A stretch of 63,316 bases of DNA, counting the filler, from Nemertoderma westbladi (taxonomy: Eukaryota > Animalia > Xenacoelomorpha), in NCBI GenBank assembly GCA_032718475.1. It is 4 parts of 4 records of this genome, joined end to end, with 100 filler letters (N's around TTAATTAATTAA, not from the genome) between each part and the next. Parts side by side here need not be neighbours in the genome. Positions count along the whole stretch, not along the records: positions 48,135 to 56,133 come from JAUCBJ010003338.1; positions 56,234 to 63,316 come from JAUCBJ010005267.1; 2 more parts are not named here. One strand, written 5' to 3'. The notes under the pieces were generated by a model. It did no database searches, had not been told where the DNA came from, and saw only the letters and a list, made by a program, of their open reading frames with translations. Positions 49,318 to 62,454 of the stretch are shown here, piece after piece (positions within the stretch are counted from its first letter, which is position 1; every line of letters begins with the position of its first letter). The position numbers and the translations under genes are program-made.

Positions 49318-49899
49318 ACGCACTTTTGTTTAGTTTTGTTGCTATGCAACCCAATAGTTTAATTAAATAGACAACTCGGTGCTACGCAATATCATTTGTT
49401 TTTATTTCATGGTAAAACAATAATTATGACTAATACTAATGCAATTTAGTTACAATAATTCATATTTTTAAACATTCGTGGTATACAATGGCATTGGGGC
49501 TGCTAGGTTACTCACTGCCGTTTATCATTCAGAAGGTTTTCCCTTCGGTAATGTTGCTAGCTGTGCTGGACGACATAGGGTGGGTGGGGGAGGTTATTCT
49601 AGCAGCACAATAACCGAACGGTCAATAATTGCACCAGTTACAGTTTCATTTTTGCTCGGAATCAGCTATTACATTATTTAGATCTATTTTCTACGGAGCC
49701 CCTAAAGCAAAGGGACATGAGTTTTCCCTTTTTTTCCAAGTCCGGCCCGGAATAAGTCTGCACGGAGATACTAAGTTCGGCACGGAGATACTAAGTCCGG
49801 CCCGGAGGAGTATTCCCAATCCTTACACTAGTAGGAACACATCCTGAATTGTAGCCTGGGATTGGTTAATGAACTATTATTTGATTGGACGTTGAAATC

Positions 49900-51138
49900 A
49901 TGTGGGGCGAGCCACGAAGTGAGTGAGCCTTAGCGTAGTGGTACCATTAATCAACCTGTGGGGCGAGCCACGAAGTGTGTGAGCCTTAGCGTAGTGGTAC
50001 CATTAATCAACCTGTCGTTCTGTCGCTTTTTTTGTAGTGTTCAATTTTAAACGTTAATAACTCGGCCAATCTTCGATGAAATCTATCCAAACTTGGTACA
50101 CATGTTGTTTGGCAAAAGTTTAGAAATTTTCCAAGTTGAATTTTCGTGTGGCCTTCGAGAAGCTAAGATAATAGCAGTTAATTAGTTAATTAAATTGATT
50201 ACGGTAAAAACAACACTTTCAACCTGCCTGTTAAAGGAAATTAATTGTTTTACAGTATAAGACTTCAATAATTATACTTAAAAATTATACAGATGTAATC
50301 CACATACCCCATTCTATTATAGTTTTTAATTAGTTCAAGTGATTTGCTTTAATAATTGTGTCTTTAATTGATCTAAAGTAATTAAAACGGCATAAAAAAA
50401 TGATTCTCATTAAATACTGCTCATTTATTGGCCAACATGCAAGTTGGCTGGTACATAGATGGAAGGATGTATGTGTAAGGCAGCCAGTTGCTGGGAATGC
50501 CAGTGGAGGGGGGGGGGGTTGTATGTAACTAGCCACACGGCTGCCAGCTAGACCTAACGAGATTGAAACCTGCATTCCCTACCTCCTGTTACACTATAGA
50601 GTCTGTGTTCTTTAGTCTCAGGTAATAGACAGATCTCATTTAATGATTGTCAGTCAATAAGATTACCACTGCAGAAGGCTTATATCCAAAATTGTTTATT
50701 TCTCAAAATATTAGGCTTATTATTTTTTGATGGGATTTCTGTGTATTTTAATTGTCTAAGTTTTCAGAGGCATTAACAGTATATTAAATAAATTATTTGA
50801 ATATCATTCATTACTGCATCGACTGTATTTAGTACTGCGTTGATTATATTCCTATATTCGCATATTGAACGTGCGATTGGAAATAAGTTCGTGCTACCCT
50901 TCCGTGGGTGGTAGATGTCGCGGTTATGTATTGGTGGGTGGGAAGGGTGGGGTGGGGGTGCAGATTAAAAGGGCTGAACACGTACTGTCCCTCTTTCTTT
51001 GATTGATTGGCGGTGTGGTTAAATTTCTAAATTTTACTAATTTATAAAGTTAAATACTGATTTTGTGATACAGTCGCTCGATTTTAATTTGTATCTCATA
51101 ACTGGGCCTCGTGCTGCGCGAAGGCCCCACGAACGTGT
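49900..51138. mobile_element. Non-autonomous interspersed element (Helentron/HINE-like), copy B
   Basis: Inverted homolog of 13304-14195; about 56-bp tandem duplication at its left end. Confidence 0.6.
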
Positions 51139-51269
51139 AAGGAATGGGGAAAGTGGTCGAACTAGTGTAAGGGTTTTTATACTCAGTTGGCAGGTAGAAA
51201 GTGTTCGAAACGCTGTAAGGAATGGAGTAATTAGGTGAAATCATGTAAGGGTTATAATACCAACAGTAA

Positions 51270-51672
51270 TTACAGTATTAGAAGAGTAGGCTTAGACTAA
51301 CGTGTGATATTATTCTAGGCAGTAGAACATTGTGTTGTGGTTTATACAGGGCTGCATGAACGATTGGAACATTGGCTATACTAGTGTCTAGGGATACAGA
51401 GTGGACAGCCCATGACTCTCGTGAGACGCCTCTTAATCTTAAAGGACACCGGTCTTGAATATGCGGATAATCTCGCAAAATTCATGGGGGATAAAAAGTT
51501 GTGGCGGTGTAAGTTTGTTGATAAGCCGGCACAGCATTCCTAATGCACGCTGCATTGGGCTTACCAATTGTGGATTGCATGGTGGTGACAAAATGTTTTT
51601 GTTAAGCCGGCATAGCATCTCAATGTGCAGCTTCAATGCAGCAGGCCGATTATAGTACTGTACAGTAGTAGT
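51270..51672 (+). mobile_element. Degenerate 3' fragment of the same RTE family
   Basis: Encodes GQPMTL...ILKDTGLEYADNLAKFMGDKKLWRCKFVDKPAQHS*, against ILKDTGLKDADDLANVMGDRELWRCNFVDKPAQHS* in copy 1; hairpin and TAG-rich tail follow. Confidence 0.8.
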
Positions 51673-51904
51673 TGCTTAGGAATAGTCTGTCTGCTATTCG
51701 TGTCCATCCAACAGCACTACTAGCGCGAGGACGAGTAGCTCTTACATTTAGGAAGTAAACGGATGCGTGATGTGTTGCTGGCCAACCTGCGGTACTGACA
51801 AGACTTGACGCGCTATAAAACGCTCTAGAAACCTGTCGATAAACATAAATGCAAATCCAACAAATGCTACAGACATTGCAAAAATTATGAGTTTATACAG
51901 ATTC

Positions 51905-52180
51905 TAAGTCCGGCCCGGAGATACAAGCCAGCCCGGAGATACTACAGTAAGTCTGGCCCGGAGATACTAAGTCCGGCCCGGAGATACTACAGTAAGTCTG
52001 GCCCGGAGATACTAAGTCCGGCCCGGAGATACTAAGTCCGGCCCGGAGATACTAAGTCCGGCCCGGAGATACTACAGTAAGTCTGGCCCGGAGATACTAA
52101 GTCCGGCCCGGAGATACTACAGTAAGTCTGGCCCGGAGATACTAAGTCCGGCCCGGAGATACTAAGTCTGGCCCGGAGAT
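51905..52180. repeat. 20-bp minisatellite (GAGATACTAAGTCCGGCCCG)n with 25-bp variants
   Basis: Directly visible. Confidence 0.95.
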
Positions 52181-54342
52181 GGCCAAATCCCATATAAGGA
52201 ATTTGGCCAATGACTGTCGTTCGAATCGCAACAGATTTTGGTATAAATTGAAGTCAGAAAACAGGGTTGCTAAGACTGATGTCCATAGGGACCAACTTTA
52301 CTCGGACTATTTGGAAAGATTCAGCATAAAGAGTATTCATAATCAAGATCATCATGACAATTTGCTTATATTGGGAACTGAACATGAACCTTCTGGAAAT
52401 TTAGTAAATGCAGCTGATGTGGATACTGCCATAAAATCACTCAATAAAGGCAAAGCGTCAGATAGCAATTCTCTTAAGGCCGAACATCTCCTTTACAGTC
52501 GGTCAAATGAGCTCCATGGGTTCCTAGCAGATTTATATAATGATATAATGGCCACTGGCTACTTTCCCAAATGTTTATGTACAAGCATTCTGATGCCGCT
52601 TCTCAAAAGTGAGGATCGAGACAAGCATCAGACAGGGAGTTATAGAGGTGTCTCGATTATTTCAATCTTGGCTAAAGTGTGGGAGATTCTGGTCTCAGAA
52701 AAGGTCCGTAACATAAAAACGAGTAACCTACAAATGGGATACAAATCAAAACTAAGTACAGAGATATCATATGCAGTAGCAACAAATCTGATCCGGTACT
52801 TCAATGAAGGGGGTTCAAATGTCCACATGGTTTCACTTGATTTGACAAGCGCATTTGATTCTGTCTCATACGAGAAACTAATGACAAAATTAGCAGAAAC
52901 TACTCTTGATGTAAGAATCATTCGAACACTATGCTCCTACTATAGCCAATCTGTAGCATTGATGAGGATAGGTAACAGTATCTCAAGGAAACCAATACCA
53001 CTACGACGTGGAGTAAGACAAGGTGGTGTCTTATCATCAATCATCTTTAACATATATCTTGATGACTTGTTCAACCTTATTGAATCAGCAGGTTTTGGGC
53101 TGCATATAAATAGGGAAGCATACTCAATCTTAGGCTATGCCGATGATGTCCTACTCCTAGCTAACATGGGAACTGATATTCAGAAGATGCTATACTTATG
53201 TGAACAATACTTTAAAGAGCATGACCTGGTCATCAATTTTAAGAAGACACATTATGTAATATGCCAATTCTCAGCACGAGCAGATATGGGCAAATCAGAA
53301 AGCATACACACTGGGAGTGGTGCAAAGTTACAGGCAGTTTCAAAATGTATATACTTAGGGCTGCCTTTGCCACCATCAAGACAGAACATAAGTGACTACT
53401 TTACAAGGAAGATATGGATGAATACATCCAGGATTAATATACGTGGCTTGGCTAGTGATGATGTGCCGCTGGGGATATTACTGCTTTGGTGTGGGGTGCC
53501 ATATCCGCTCCATCAATATTATATGGGTCACATATTATTGAGGGGGCACTAGGAGAATGTATTGGTCGGACCTGGCGTAAAGCGCAACGTTCTTTGTTAC
53601 GCATGGGGAATTACATATCAAATGATATCCTGCAGGCGCTCTTTAATGATCGAACATTTTCAACTATGGTAACACTTTCAAAGGCGAGGGTAATTTACTC
53701 CTGCATGAACTCTGGTAATGAGAAGGTTTATGGGTTGTTTAGCCACATTCTAACTCAACATCTTGCAGGTCAAATGTCTGTGCCGCTGTTTTCGGACTAT
53801 TCCATAGGAGGTTGGAAGCTTGGTTTGCCACGACTGCAAGCTCTAGTAACCGGACGATACTGCCTTAAGTCAATCATTAAACGGATTGGAGGGACGGAGC
53901 TATGCTTTATGGATCAGATGCGCGTCCTATATATCACTAACATGCTCTATAAAACTGGTACGCAATTATCGGTCAGGAGGGAGTGTATTCAAGAGCTTTA
54001 TCGACTTCAGGTGTGACAGATCAACCACTTAGCCTTTAGACTGGGGGCTTTCGATGGGGGCTTGTATTTCAGGATGGATGCAAATGGTACTCAAGTGCTT
54101 TTTATTATAAGGGCTTGTAGATTAACTAGATCTTGAAGTAGACTTGATCAGCGTTTTCATTTTACTCAGTGCTGTGTTTAAGTGTTTTGAATTTTTGGGT
54201 TTTCAGCGTTTTCATTTTACTCAGTGCTGTGTTGTTTTGAAATTTAGGTGCATCTAAGATTACCTAATTTTATTGTATATTTTATTTAATTATAATAAAG
54301 GGGCCGAGCCCTATCTCGGATGATGAAATGAAATGAATGAAT
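52179..54342 (+). mobile_element. 5'-truncated non-LTR retrotransposon, RTEX-like (frameshift near 53490)
   Basis: RT motifs KAEHL, SYRGVSI, QMGYK, LDLTSAFDSV, GVRQGGVLS, GYADD, YLG; AATAAA and (TGAAA/TGAA)n tail at 54320-54342; inserted in the 20-bp array. Confidence 0.85.
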
Positions 54343-55175
54343 GATACTAAGTCCGGCCCGGAGATACTACAGTAAGTCTGGCCCGGAGATACTAAGTCCG
54401 GCCCGGAGATACTAAGTCCGGCACGGAGATACTACAGTAAGTCTGGCCCGGAGATACTAAGTCCGGCCCGGAGATACTAAGTCTGGCCCGGAGATACTAA
54501 GTCCGGCCCGGAGATACTAAGTCCGGCCCGGAGATACTAAGTCCGACCCGGAGATACAAAGTCTGGCCCGGAGATACTAAGTCCGGCCCGGAGCTACTAT
54601 CTCAGGGCCGGAGATACTAAGTCTGGCCCTGAGATACTAAGTCCGGCCCGGAGATAATAAGTCCGGCCCGGAGATACTAAGTCCGGCCCGGAGATACTAA
54701 GTCCGGCCTGGAGATACTAAGTCCGGCCCGGAGATACTATCTCAGGGCCGGAGATACTGTCTCAGGGCCGGAGATACTGTCTCAGGGTCGGAGATACTAA
54801 GTACGGCCCTGAGATACTAAGTCCGGTCCGGAGATACTATCTCAGGACTGGAGATACTAAGTCCGGCCCGAAGATGCTATCTCAGGCCCGGCCCGGAAAT
54901 ACTATCTCAGGGTTGAAGATACTAAGTCCGGCCCGGAGATACTAAGTCCGGTCCGGAGATACTAAGTCCGGCCCGGAGATACTAAGTCCGGCCCGGAGAT
55001 ACTAAGTCCGGCCCGGAGATACTATCTCAGGGCTGGAGATACTAAGTCCGGCCCGGAGATACTAAGTCCGGCCTGGAGATACTAAGTCCGGCCCGGAGAT
55101 ACTAAGCGGCCTGGAGATACTAAGTCCGGCCCGGAGATACTAAGTTTCGGCCCGGAGATACTAACTAAGTCCGGC
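54343..55175. repeat. 20-bp minisatellite, about 40 units, with a GAGATACTATCTCAGGGCCG variant
   Basis: Directly visible. Confidence 0.95.
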
Positions 55176-56133
55176 TTTAACCCTACCTTACTAGTATCTC
55201 CGTGCCGGACTTAGTATCTCCGGGCCGGACTTAGAAAAAAGGGCAACCCATGTCCCTTTAGGGGCTCCGTAATTTACCCTGGGGGAGGGGGGGGGGTCTA
55301 TTTCGAATAAGAAATCCCACTAGACTATTTTAATTCAAATTGGGTGAAAAGTGCCGAAAGTATAATCAAATTAATATAATTTCAACCAATTGAGACAAGT
55401 ACTTATTGCAGAAATTGGTACCGGAATTTTCACTAAATGTAAAAATCTCAAACTGCTAAATACGCATTATTGAAAATACAATTTCAATTAAAAAATTTAT
55501 TTGACTAGAAAAGTATATCTAAATCATAACATTTCTGGAAATGATTAGGTTTGCTTGCTTTCTTGTATTATAAAAAAAAATCAGAGAATTTTATCAACCA
55601 TTTTTCAAGAAAATGGGACAAAAATTGCATAAAGGTCATTCTGGGATCATGGAAGTGCCCCAAACACTGCCCGGACTTCGTTCAGTGCCTTAATGTTGGA
55701 AGTTTGACAAAAACCAAGTACAAGACGATAGGGAATTTTATTTCCCATTTCGTCAATATTTTTTCAAATTGTAGAAAACATAATATTATGGGTCCTAATA
55801 ATTAATCTGCCCTACTCTCACCCAACTGGCCAACACAACGCCCGATTAATGAATGTCATATTAAATCTCATTGTACGAATTAAATATTTTTTATCCGGTC
55901 ACTGACCTTTTGCAGGCCTCCCAGAGTTTCCTTTTTCATTTTTTGTTTTTTTAGTCCATTTTCACACATTTTTTTCTTCCTTTTGGTTCAGAAGATCAAC
56001 TTCAGCTTGTTGTTGATATTGACAAGGTTATAACATAGATTGACGGGCATAATAATGCCGATTTTTATTTTGAGTATGTTTATTTTGACAAAACCACAAA
56101 AATGTAGCCGTAGAGGGAACTTTAATATATTTA

Positions 56134-56233
56134 NNNNNNNNNNNNNNNNNNNNNNNNNNNNNNNNNNNNNNNNNNNNTTAATTAATTAANNNNNNNNNNN
56201 NNNNNNNNNNNNNNNNNNNNNNNNNNNNNNNNN
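56134..56233. other. Assembly spacer
   Basis: N-run with TTAATTAATTAA. Confidence 0.97.
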
Positions 56234-59200
56234 GGGTTAGAGTCAATAGGCTGCTATCAGTTGGGATTGCAACACCTAGGGAAAGTTTACACACTTCAAT
56301 GGGGGCAAGAATCTTCTTGAACCCTTTTGATCATAAAGTCCAATTTTTTTAATTCTCTTGGCAAAAGGGGGCCAATGACCCACTCACTCTTATGCTTCTT
56401 ACAATTTCTCACAAATCGAAATACCCAGGAGGTTATTCTCTTTAGACGTAGTAATACGGATATCTTGGAAATCAAAGTTAAGAAAACGTTATCCACTTCA
56501 GTTACAAGAAGAGTGTTGACTGACTAGACCTCCACATCATATACAGTTGGCGCAATGATATTCGATTTAAAGGTGGGCCATTCACTCTGTGGCAAAGAAA
56601 GAACCAATGGACCATGAAACCAAGACTCTTCAGCAATCAGCTGATCTATTGAAGTTGGACGACTGCAATAATCTGCTGGATTAACCCTATTAAACCCGGG
56701 GGGGGGGGGGTCAATATGACCCCCCCGTGGTTTTTTTATTATAATTCTAAAACAAACGCAGTTTGGAATCGGAAATTTTTTGACTTTTCCTAAAAATCTA
56801 TTGTCTTCCTAGTAGTGAAAACCGTTTTCAAAAATATTGGGTAGTTTTCGAGTTATAGCACCATTTTTTAACCCTACTTTTGGCACTTTTTTTGAGACGT
56901 TTTTTGAAAATTACATTTCATTAAATATTAATTGTAACATCTCTATTTTTGATTTACACCGGTTTTTTGGTGTTAGCAATTCGATGGAATTCATATAAAT
57001 TGTTTTAGAAATTTCAAACTTGTTCTTTTCGCGGGTGCCAAATTTTGGTGCCAGCACCAAATTTTGAAATATGTCAATTTTGTAAATTGATTGTTTTAAA
57101 CTTGTTTTTTACGCAATTGGGTTTTTTGGGGTTCTGGTTTTTATGAAATATATACGAGTTGCACCAAGCGTATCAAACTTGTATTTTTCGGTGCTGTGTG
57201 CAAATTTTGGTGCTAGCACGAAATTTTGAAAATCCATTCAATATATAAATTGCTTGTGACAATTTATTTCTTGCATTTTAGAGGTTTATGGCTGTTCTGA
57301 ATTCAATGGAATATATAATTATCGAACTAGACATCTCAAACTTGTATTTTTCGGAAGTGGGTGCAAAATGTGGTGCTAGCACCAAATTTTGAAAACCATC
57401 ATATATATCAATTGATTGTGTCATCTTGTTTCTTGCGTTATACAGGTTTGTTAGGGTTCTGAATTCAATGGAATTAGTAAAAATTTCATAAGAGTTTTCA
57501 AACTTGTATTTTTCGCCGGTGGGTGAAAATTGTTGTGCCAGCACCAAATTTTGGAAAATGAGTAAATTGATCAGTAGATAGTATCATCTTGTTTCTTGCG
57601 TTATACGGGTTTTGGAGGGTCCTGAATCCGATGGAATCAATAAAAACAGCACTGGACATCGCAAACTTGTACTTTTTGGTTATGGGTACGAAATTTAGTG
57701 CTAGCACCAAAATTTGCCAAATTACGCCGAAAAATACAAGTAGCAATGATCTGGCATATTTGAAATGTATTCCATTAGAATCAGCGCCCAAGAAAACCTG
57801 AAAATGTGCATTTATAGCATCGTATAAGTGAATTGAAAATTTTGTGTTCTAACTGAAAAGTGCTGGTTACTTGTTTTTTTTATTTTTTTCCTACGCATAG
57901 AAGACTAAACAGCCATTTATGGTAATCTTATCATTTTTAAATATTTTCCAATGAATTTTGCGCTCCAGAAAACCTGTATTGAAAAACAATTAGCCGAAAA
58001 ATGTAACTTTCAAATTTTGTGAAAATTGTGCACTACTTGTAATTTTGGTGCTGCAATATTACCTCCCCAGTACATTTTTTCGAAAATTTTTTTTTTCGGT
58101 CGGATCCAGACTAGCGATACCTACGTACAAACAAAAAATCAGACGTTTTCGTTAATATTTGTAGATTTTAGAGGGAGGGGTCAATATGACCCCCCCCCCC
58201 CCCGGTATTTGTACAGCATTTTATAGCCCGGTACTAATAGGGTTAAGTTCGCCTGGTATGAAATTCCACTGACTAGGGGTAGTTACATCCAGAATTTCAC
58301 CAACTCTGTGGGCTACAAAGGTATGATATCGACAGGCTAAGGAAGTTATCCACCCAAGGACAGTCTTGGCATCTAAATGAAACATTACTTCTGAAATTTA
58401 TCAATGACAATTCCTCACAAATCAAGCTAGCAAGGCGAGTTGCCATGACGGCGCCTTGCAGTTCCAGCCGAGGTACAGTCAAGAGCTTTACTGGAGCATT
58501 CCTAGATTTCGCCATGACTAAACTAATGTCAATAGCATCATCGGAATGAAGAGTACGGAAATATGCAACCAAACCCCATTTCAGACGCATCTGAAAACAC
58601 ATGCAGCTGCGATTTGACTACAGGACTAAAAGATGATGAATAGCAACGTGGGATTTCTATCTTATGGAGGTTGGAAAGATCACTTAACCATTCCTCCCAA
58701 CGAATTTTAAGATCATCATGAAGATTCTCATCCCAAGATAGTTCACGGCGCCAACAATCCTGAAGTAAGATTTTAGCGGTTAAAAGAATGGGAGATAGTA
58801 CACCAAGTGGATCAAAGATGGATGCCACCTGTCGCAGGACATTCCTCTTTGTCGGAATCTTATCCTTAAGCTGTGTAAAGAATACGAAGGCATCTCTACT
58901 ACAATCCCAATGAACACCTAGGGCTCGCTCAATTGGAAGCTCATCAAGATCTAGGTTGATTGATGGATTTGCTAACTGCTTAGTAGGTATAGTTGATAGC
59001 ACTCTCTTTGATGAAGACATCCATTGTCCTAGTGGAAAGCTCCCCAAAGAAAGTAAATCAATCATATTCTTAACAAGGGTTATAGCTTTTTCCTCACTAT
59101 CACACGAATCAAAATAGTTATCTGCATAGAAATGCGAAAGAACCTTTTTAGAAGCAACAGGATACTGCTGTTCATTATCCAATGCAGTTCGATTGAGTGC

Positions 59201-60042
59201 ATAGATACACGAACATGTTGAAGAGATGCATCCAAAGCATTCACGAACCAACCCGTTCAAGGCCTCCCCATAAAAAACGAAGAAAATCCTGATCTTCTTT
59301 CTTCACCATCACTTGATGATACATAGCCATTATATCTCCGGATATTGCTATGGGCTTCTTCCTAAACTTAAGAAGGCAGCCTTGAAGACTGTTTAAAAAA
59401 TCAGGACCCTTGAGAAGTTTGTCATTGAGGGAGACACCATTGTGTCTGGCCGATGCATCGAACACCGGCCTCACCTTCCCAGGCTTACATGGGTGGACAA
59501 CTGGATGGTGTGGAAGATACCAAGTCTTACCTACTGGCCCTTTAAGATCCTTGGAATCAACCTTAACAGCGAAACCCTTTTCTATATAACCATTGATTGT
59601 GGATTCATAGATGGTAGCTAACTCAGGTTCACGTTTAAGTCGCCTCTCTACTGAAAGAAGACGCTTATATGCAGAGGAAATATTATTTGGCAATTTGGTA
59701 TTATCCTCTGCCCATAATAAACTCGTGACATAGCGATTATTGACACATTTTGTGTTCTTGTTTAAGAGTTCTATAGCTCGAGACTCTTCAGCCGCAATAG
59801 GAAGGGCCTTGCAAGGCCTTACCCCAAATGATTCGGTTGTCCAGAATCTCTTAACAGAATCGAGTAACTGAAATTCAGAATCTGCTAAATTACTTTCAGT
59901 ATCTAAAGGAGTTATGCGAATGTGCGATACCTGAAGCTGTTCTGTATCAGACATTGGTACAAGGGGGTCGAAATATTGTCGACCAACATTAATACGAGGT
60001 ACGATCCAAGCTTTGGGAATACGATATTGCAGACCACCCTTA
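56234..60042 (-). mobile_element. Degenerate BEL/Pao pol (RT, RNase H/Peptidase_A17 region, connection), frameshifted
   Basis: Motifs WYLPHHPV, KVRPVFDAS, SLNDKLLKGP, DIMAMYHQV, FYADN, LGVHW, FDPLG, LHVFSDASE, PRLELQGA, NPADYCSR (split by an insertion), LRLKRITSWVFRF. Confidence 0.92.
56685..58242. mobile_element. piggyBac-like non-autonomous element inserted in BEL pol
   Basis: TTAA TSD (56681-84 and 58243-46); TIR CCCTATTA..CCGGG; removing it restores WNFIPGELNPADYCSR; internal 162-163-bp tandem repeats. Confidence 0.9.
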
Positions 60043-60194
60043 CAGTGTGACACAGCAAATTCACTCTCACAAGCAAACCCAACTTTGATTTTCGATTAAT
60101 TTTTCTAATTTTTCACTATATGGAATAATCAAACAAAAAACAACAAAAACAAACAAAAAAGCTTCAAAATACTGTTTATACTGTTTATATGTGT

Positions 60195-61446
60195 TTATAC
60201 TGGATAAGGCACCAGATCATAATTTGAATTTAGAAACAGCAACATGTTGACGTTACCCGGCGTCAACAAGACTCTCAGGTTAGAGCATATAAGACCTGTT
60301 TCAGAGCACATACGTTCCGAAGGTACCGATGTGGCCGTAATCGCTAGAAACTTCTTAGCTAGTTTACTTAGCAGTGGGTATTTCTCTTCTGTCTTTTTCC
60401 ACCAAGCTAGTGGATCACCTATGAGAAACACAACACATACATAACATAGATTAGGTTTGTCAAAATGTAACTTTCTTAACCGTTACTTTGCTAGTGACTA
60501 GTACTAAATAAATAAACAGATAAATAAATAGACTGTTGCCGCATTATCTAACATAATAAGCCAAAACAATTGTTTTACCTTCAGAGTTCAGATGGTAATT
60601 CACTTTCTCGCTTTATTTGCTATAGATTTGTTATCCAAGTACTGTTTAAATCACTTAATAATTTATAAAATCAATAGTGATAATAAAAAATATATTTAAT
60701 TAATAATATAAAAATATATTTAATTAATAATAAAACAATATATTTAATTAAAAATTAAAAAATATATTTAATTATTAATATAAAAATATATTTAATTAAT
60801 AATATAAAAATATATTTAATTAATAATATAAAAATATATTTAATTAATAATAAAAAAACACATTTAATTATTAATATAATTTATAATTAATATACAAACT
60901 CACCATCTAATTTGACGACTTGTTCAGAGCAATAGTTCTTTATCTCGGCCTCAACTAATAGTTGGATATTGAACCGCTGGTCTTCATTGGCATCCGATGT
61001 TGATTCTCCAGACATGCCACCTAGATAATCTTTGACCAGGTCAACTATACGTTTCTTTGGTGGTGGGCGGGGCTGATCGTCATCGTCACTAACCACAAAC
61101 TCGGAATGAATTTGGGTCTGAGACTCAGTGTCCATGAACCCTGTGAACACTGCTGGGTCAACGCGGCTGGTACTTGGTTGTGGACCGGGTCGTATGGGTG
61201 AACGTGACGAACTAGAACTATTTTCTTCTCCTTCTTGTTGCATCCTAGTTGCAATAACAACCGCCAATGTGTTCAAATTTATATACGTGTGGTCTCGATC
61301 AGCTTTATCCAACATTTTTAGCTTCTTACAACGGGGATGTAAAGCAGCTGCCAAACATAAAACCTTATGAACATTTCTATCCCCATCAATTTTTCGTTTC
61401 AGATGTTCCCTGGCAGCGTCGCAGAAGCCACGTGCAGCTTCATAGC
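60195..61446 (-). pseudogene. hAT (ZBED1-like) transposase 3' part; exons about 61446-60904 and 60418-60195
   Basis: Motifs AAALHPR.K and EAEIKNY; dimerization domain DPLAWWK..YPLLSKLAKKFLAITATSVPSERM; GT-AG phase-1 intron 60419-60903; possible terminus CAGTGTGACAC at 60043. Confidence 0.85.
60686..60870. repeat. AT-rich 24-bp tandem repeat (TAAAAATATATTTAATTAATAATA)
   Basis: Lies within the hAT intron. Confidence 0.8.
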
Positions 61447-61740
61447 TTAACATTGCATTGGCTGTTCAATATGTACTGGCAAAATTTCCAGAAACTGATT
61501 TGAAAAAAATTATCAGCATATTTTTGACCGAAAAATGGCAAAATTTTGTTTTTTTTGTGAAAAACTATTAAATTTGCACTAACTTTACACAATAAGAAAT
61601 TAATTTTAAATTCTGCCAGTACATTTTGATGTTCACACAGTTCTGATAAAGACTAAAAAATAATTTTGAAAAACCATCCAAAATTGGCATAGTAGTAGCA
61701 ATTTAAAATTTTGCAATGATTAGCTCATTAATTATGTTAA

Positions 61741-61884
61741 TTTATGCATTATTATGCTAATTAATTTATGCATTATTATGCTAATTAATTTATGCATTAT
61801 TATGCTAATTAATTTATGCATTATTATGCTAATTAATTTATGCATTATTATGCTAATTAATTTATGCATTATTATGCTAATTAA
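61741..61884. repeat. 24-bp tandem repeat (TTTATGCATTATTATGCTAATTAA)x6
   Basis: Directly visible. Confidence 0.9.
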
Positions 61885-62454
61885 CATAAATAATTTTATA
61901 GCAAAAAAAAATTAAAAAAAAGTTTGACATCTTAGCTTTCATTTGAGCCATTATGTAAGTAAATGTAATGAGCTGATCAAGAGTTACATCATTTCACATA
62001 TCTTTTACGCAAATACCAGCCCCAAAGGGTTAATCCCCCCCCCCCCCCTTAAAGAAATTAAAGAATTTGGAATCTCGTCAGTATTTCAACAATAAAGAGA
62101 ATTAGAAGACAGCTCGGATGGGTTCATGCCAATACCAAATACTGCCAAATTATTCGTGAAGTAAACAAAAGGGAAACGAATAAAGTTTGCTGAAAACTTT
62201 CAAAGGAAAAAATCAATATTGAGAAATATTGTTTTCACGGACAAATGCTGCATCCAGCTTGACAATTTCCATAAACAATTTTACATAAGACGTGGTGATG
62301 AGTAAGAATCCTAAGAATCAGACTCCTCCTATCAGCCTTTGAGGAAGCTTCTAAGAGAACCCAAGACACGTCGTTGCAAGTTGCCATCAAGATTTGGTTC
62401 CAACGGGTGAGTCTCAAGGTTCAAGGAACGACCCAGTGGAAAATTCAGCTAACT

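Larger units (their letters stand above)
49694..55269. mobile_element. TIR element with an internal 20-bp minisatellite and nested insertions
   Basis: TA|CGGAGCCCCTAAAG..GGGACATG ... CATGTCCCTTTAGGGGCTCCG|TA. GAGATACTAAGTCCGGCCCG repeats are direct at 49738-49806, 51905-52180 and 54343-55175 and inverted at 55190-55235. Confidence 0.85.
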
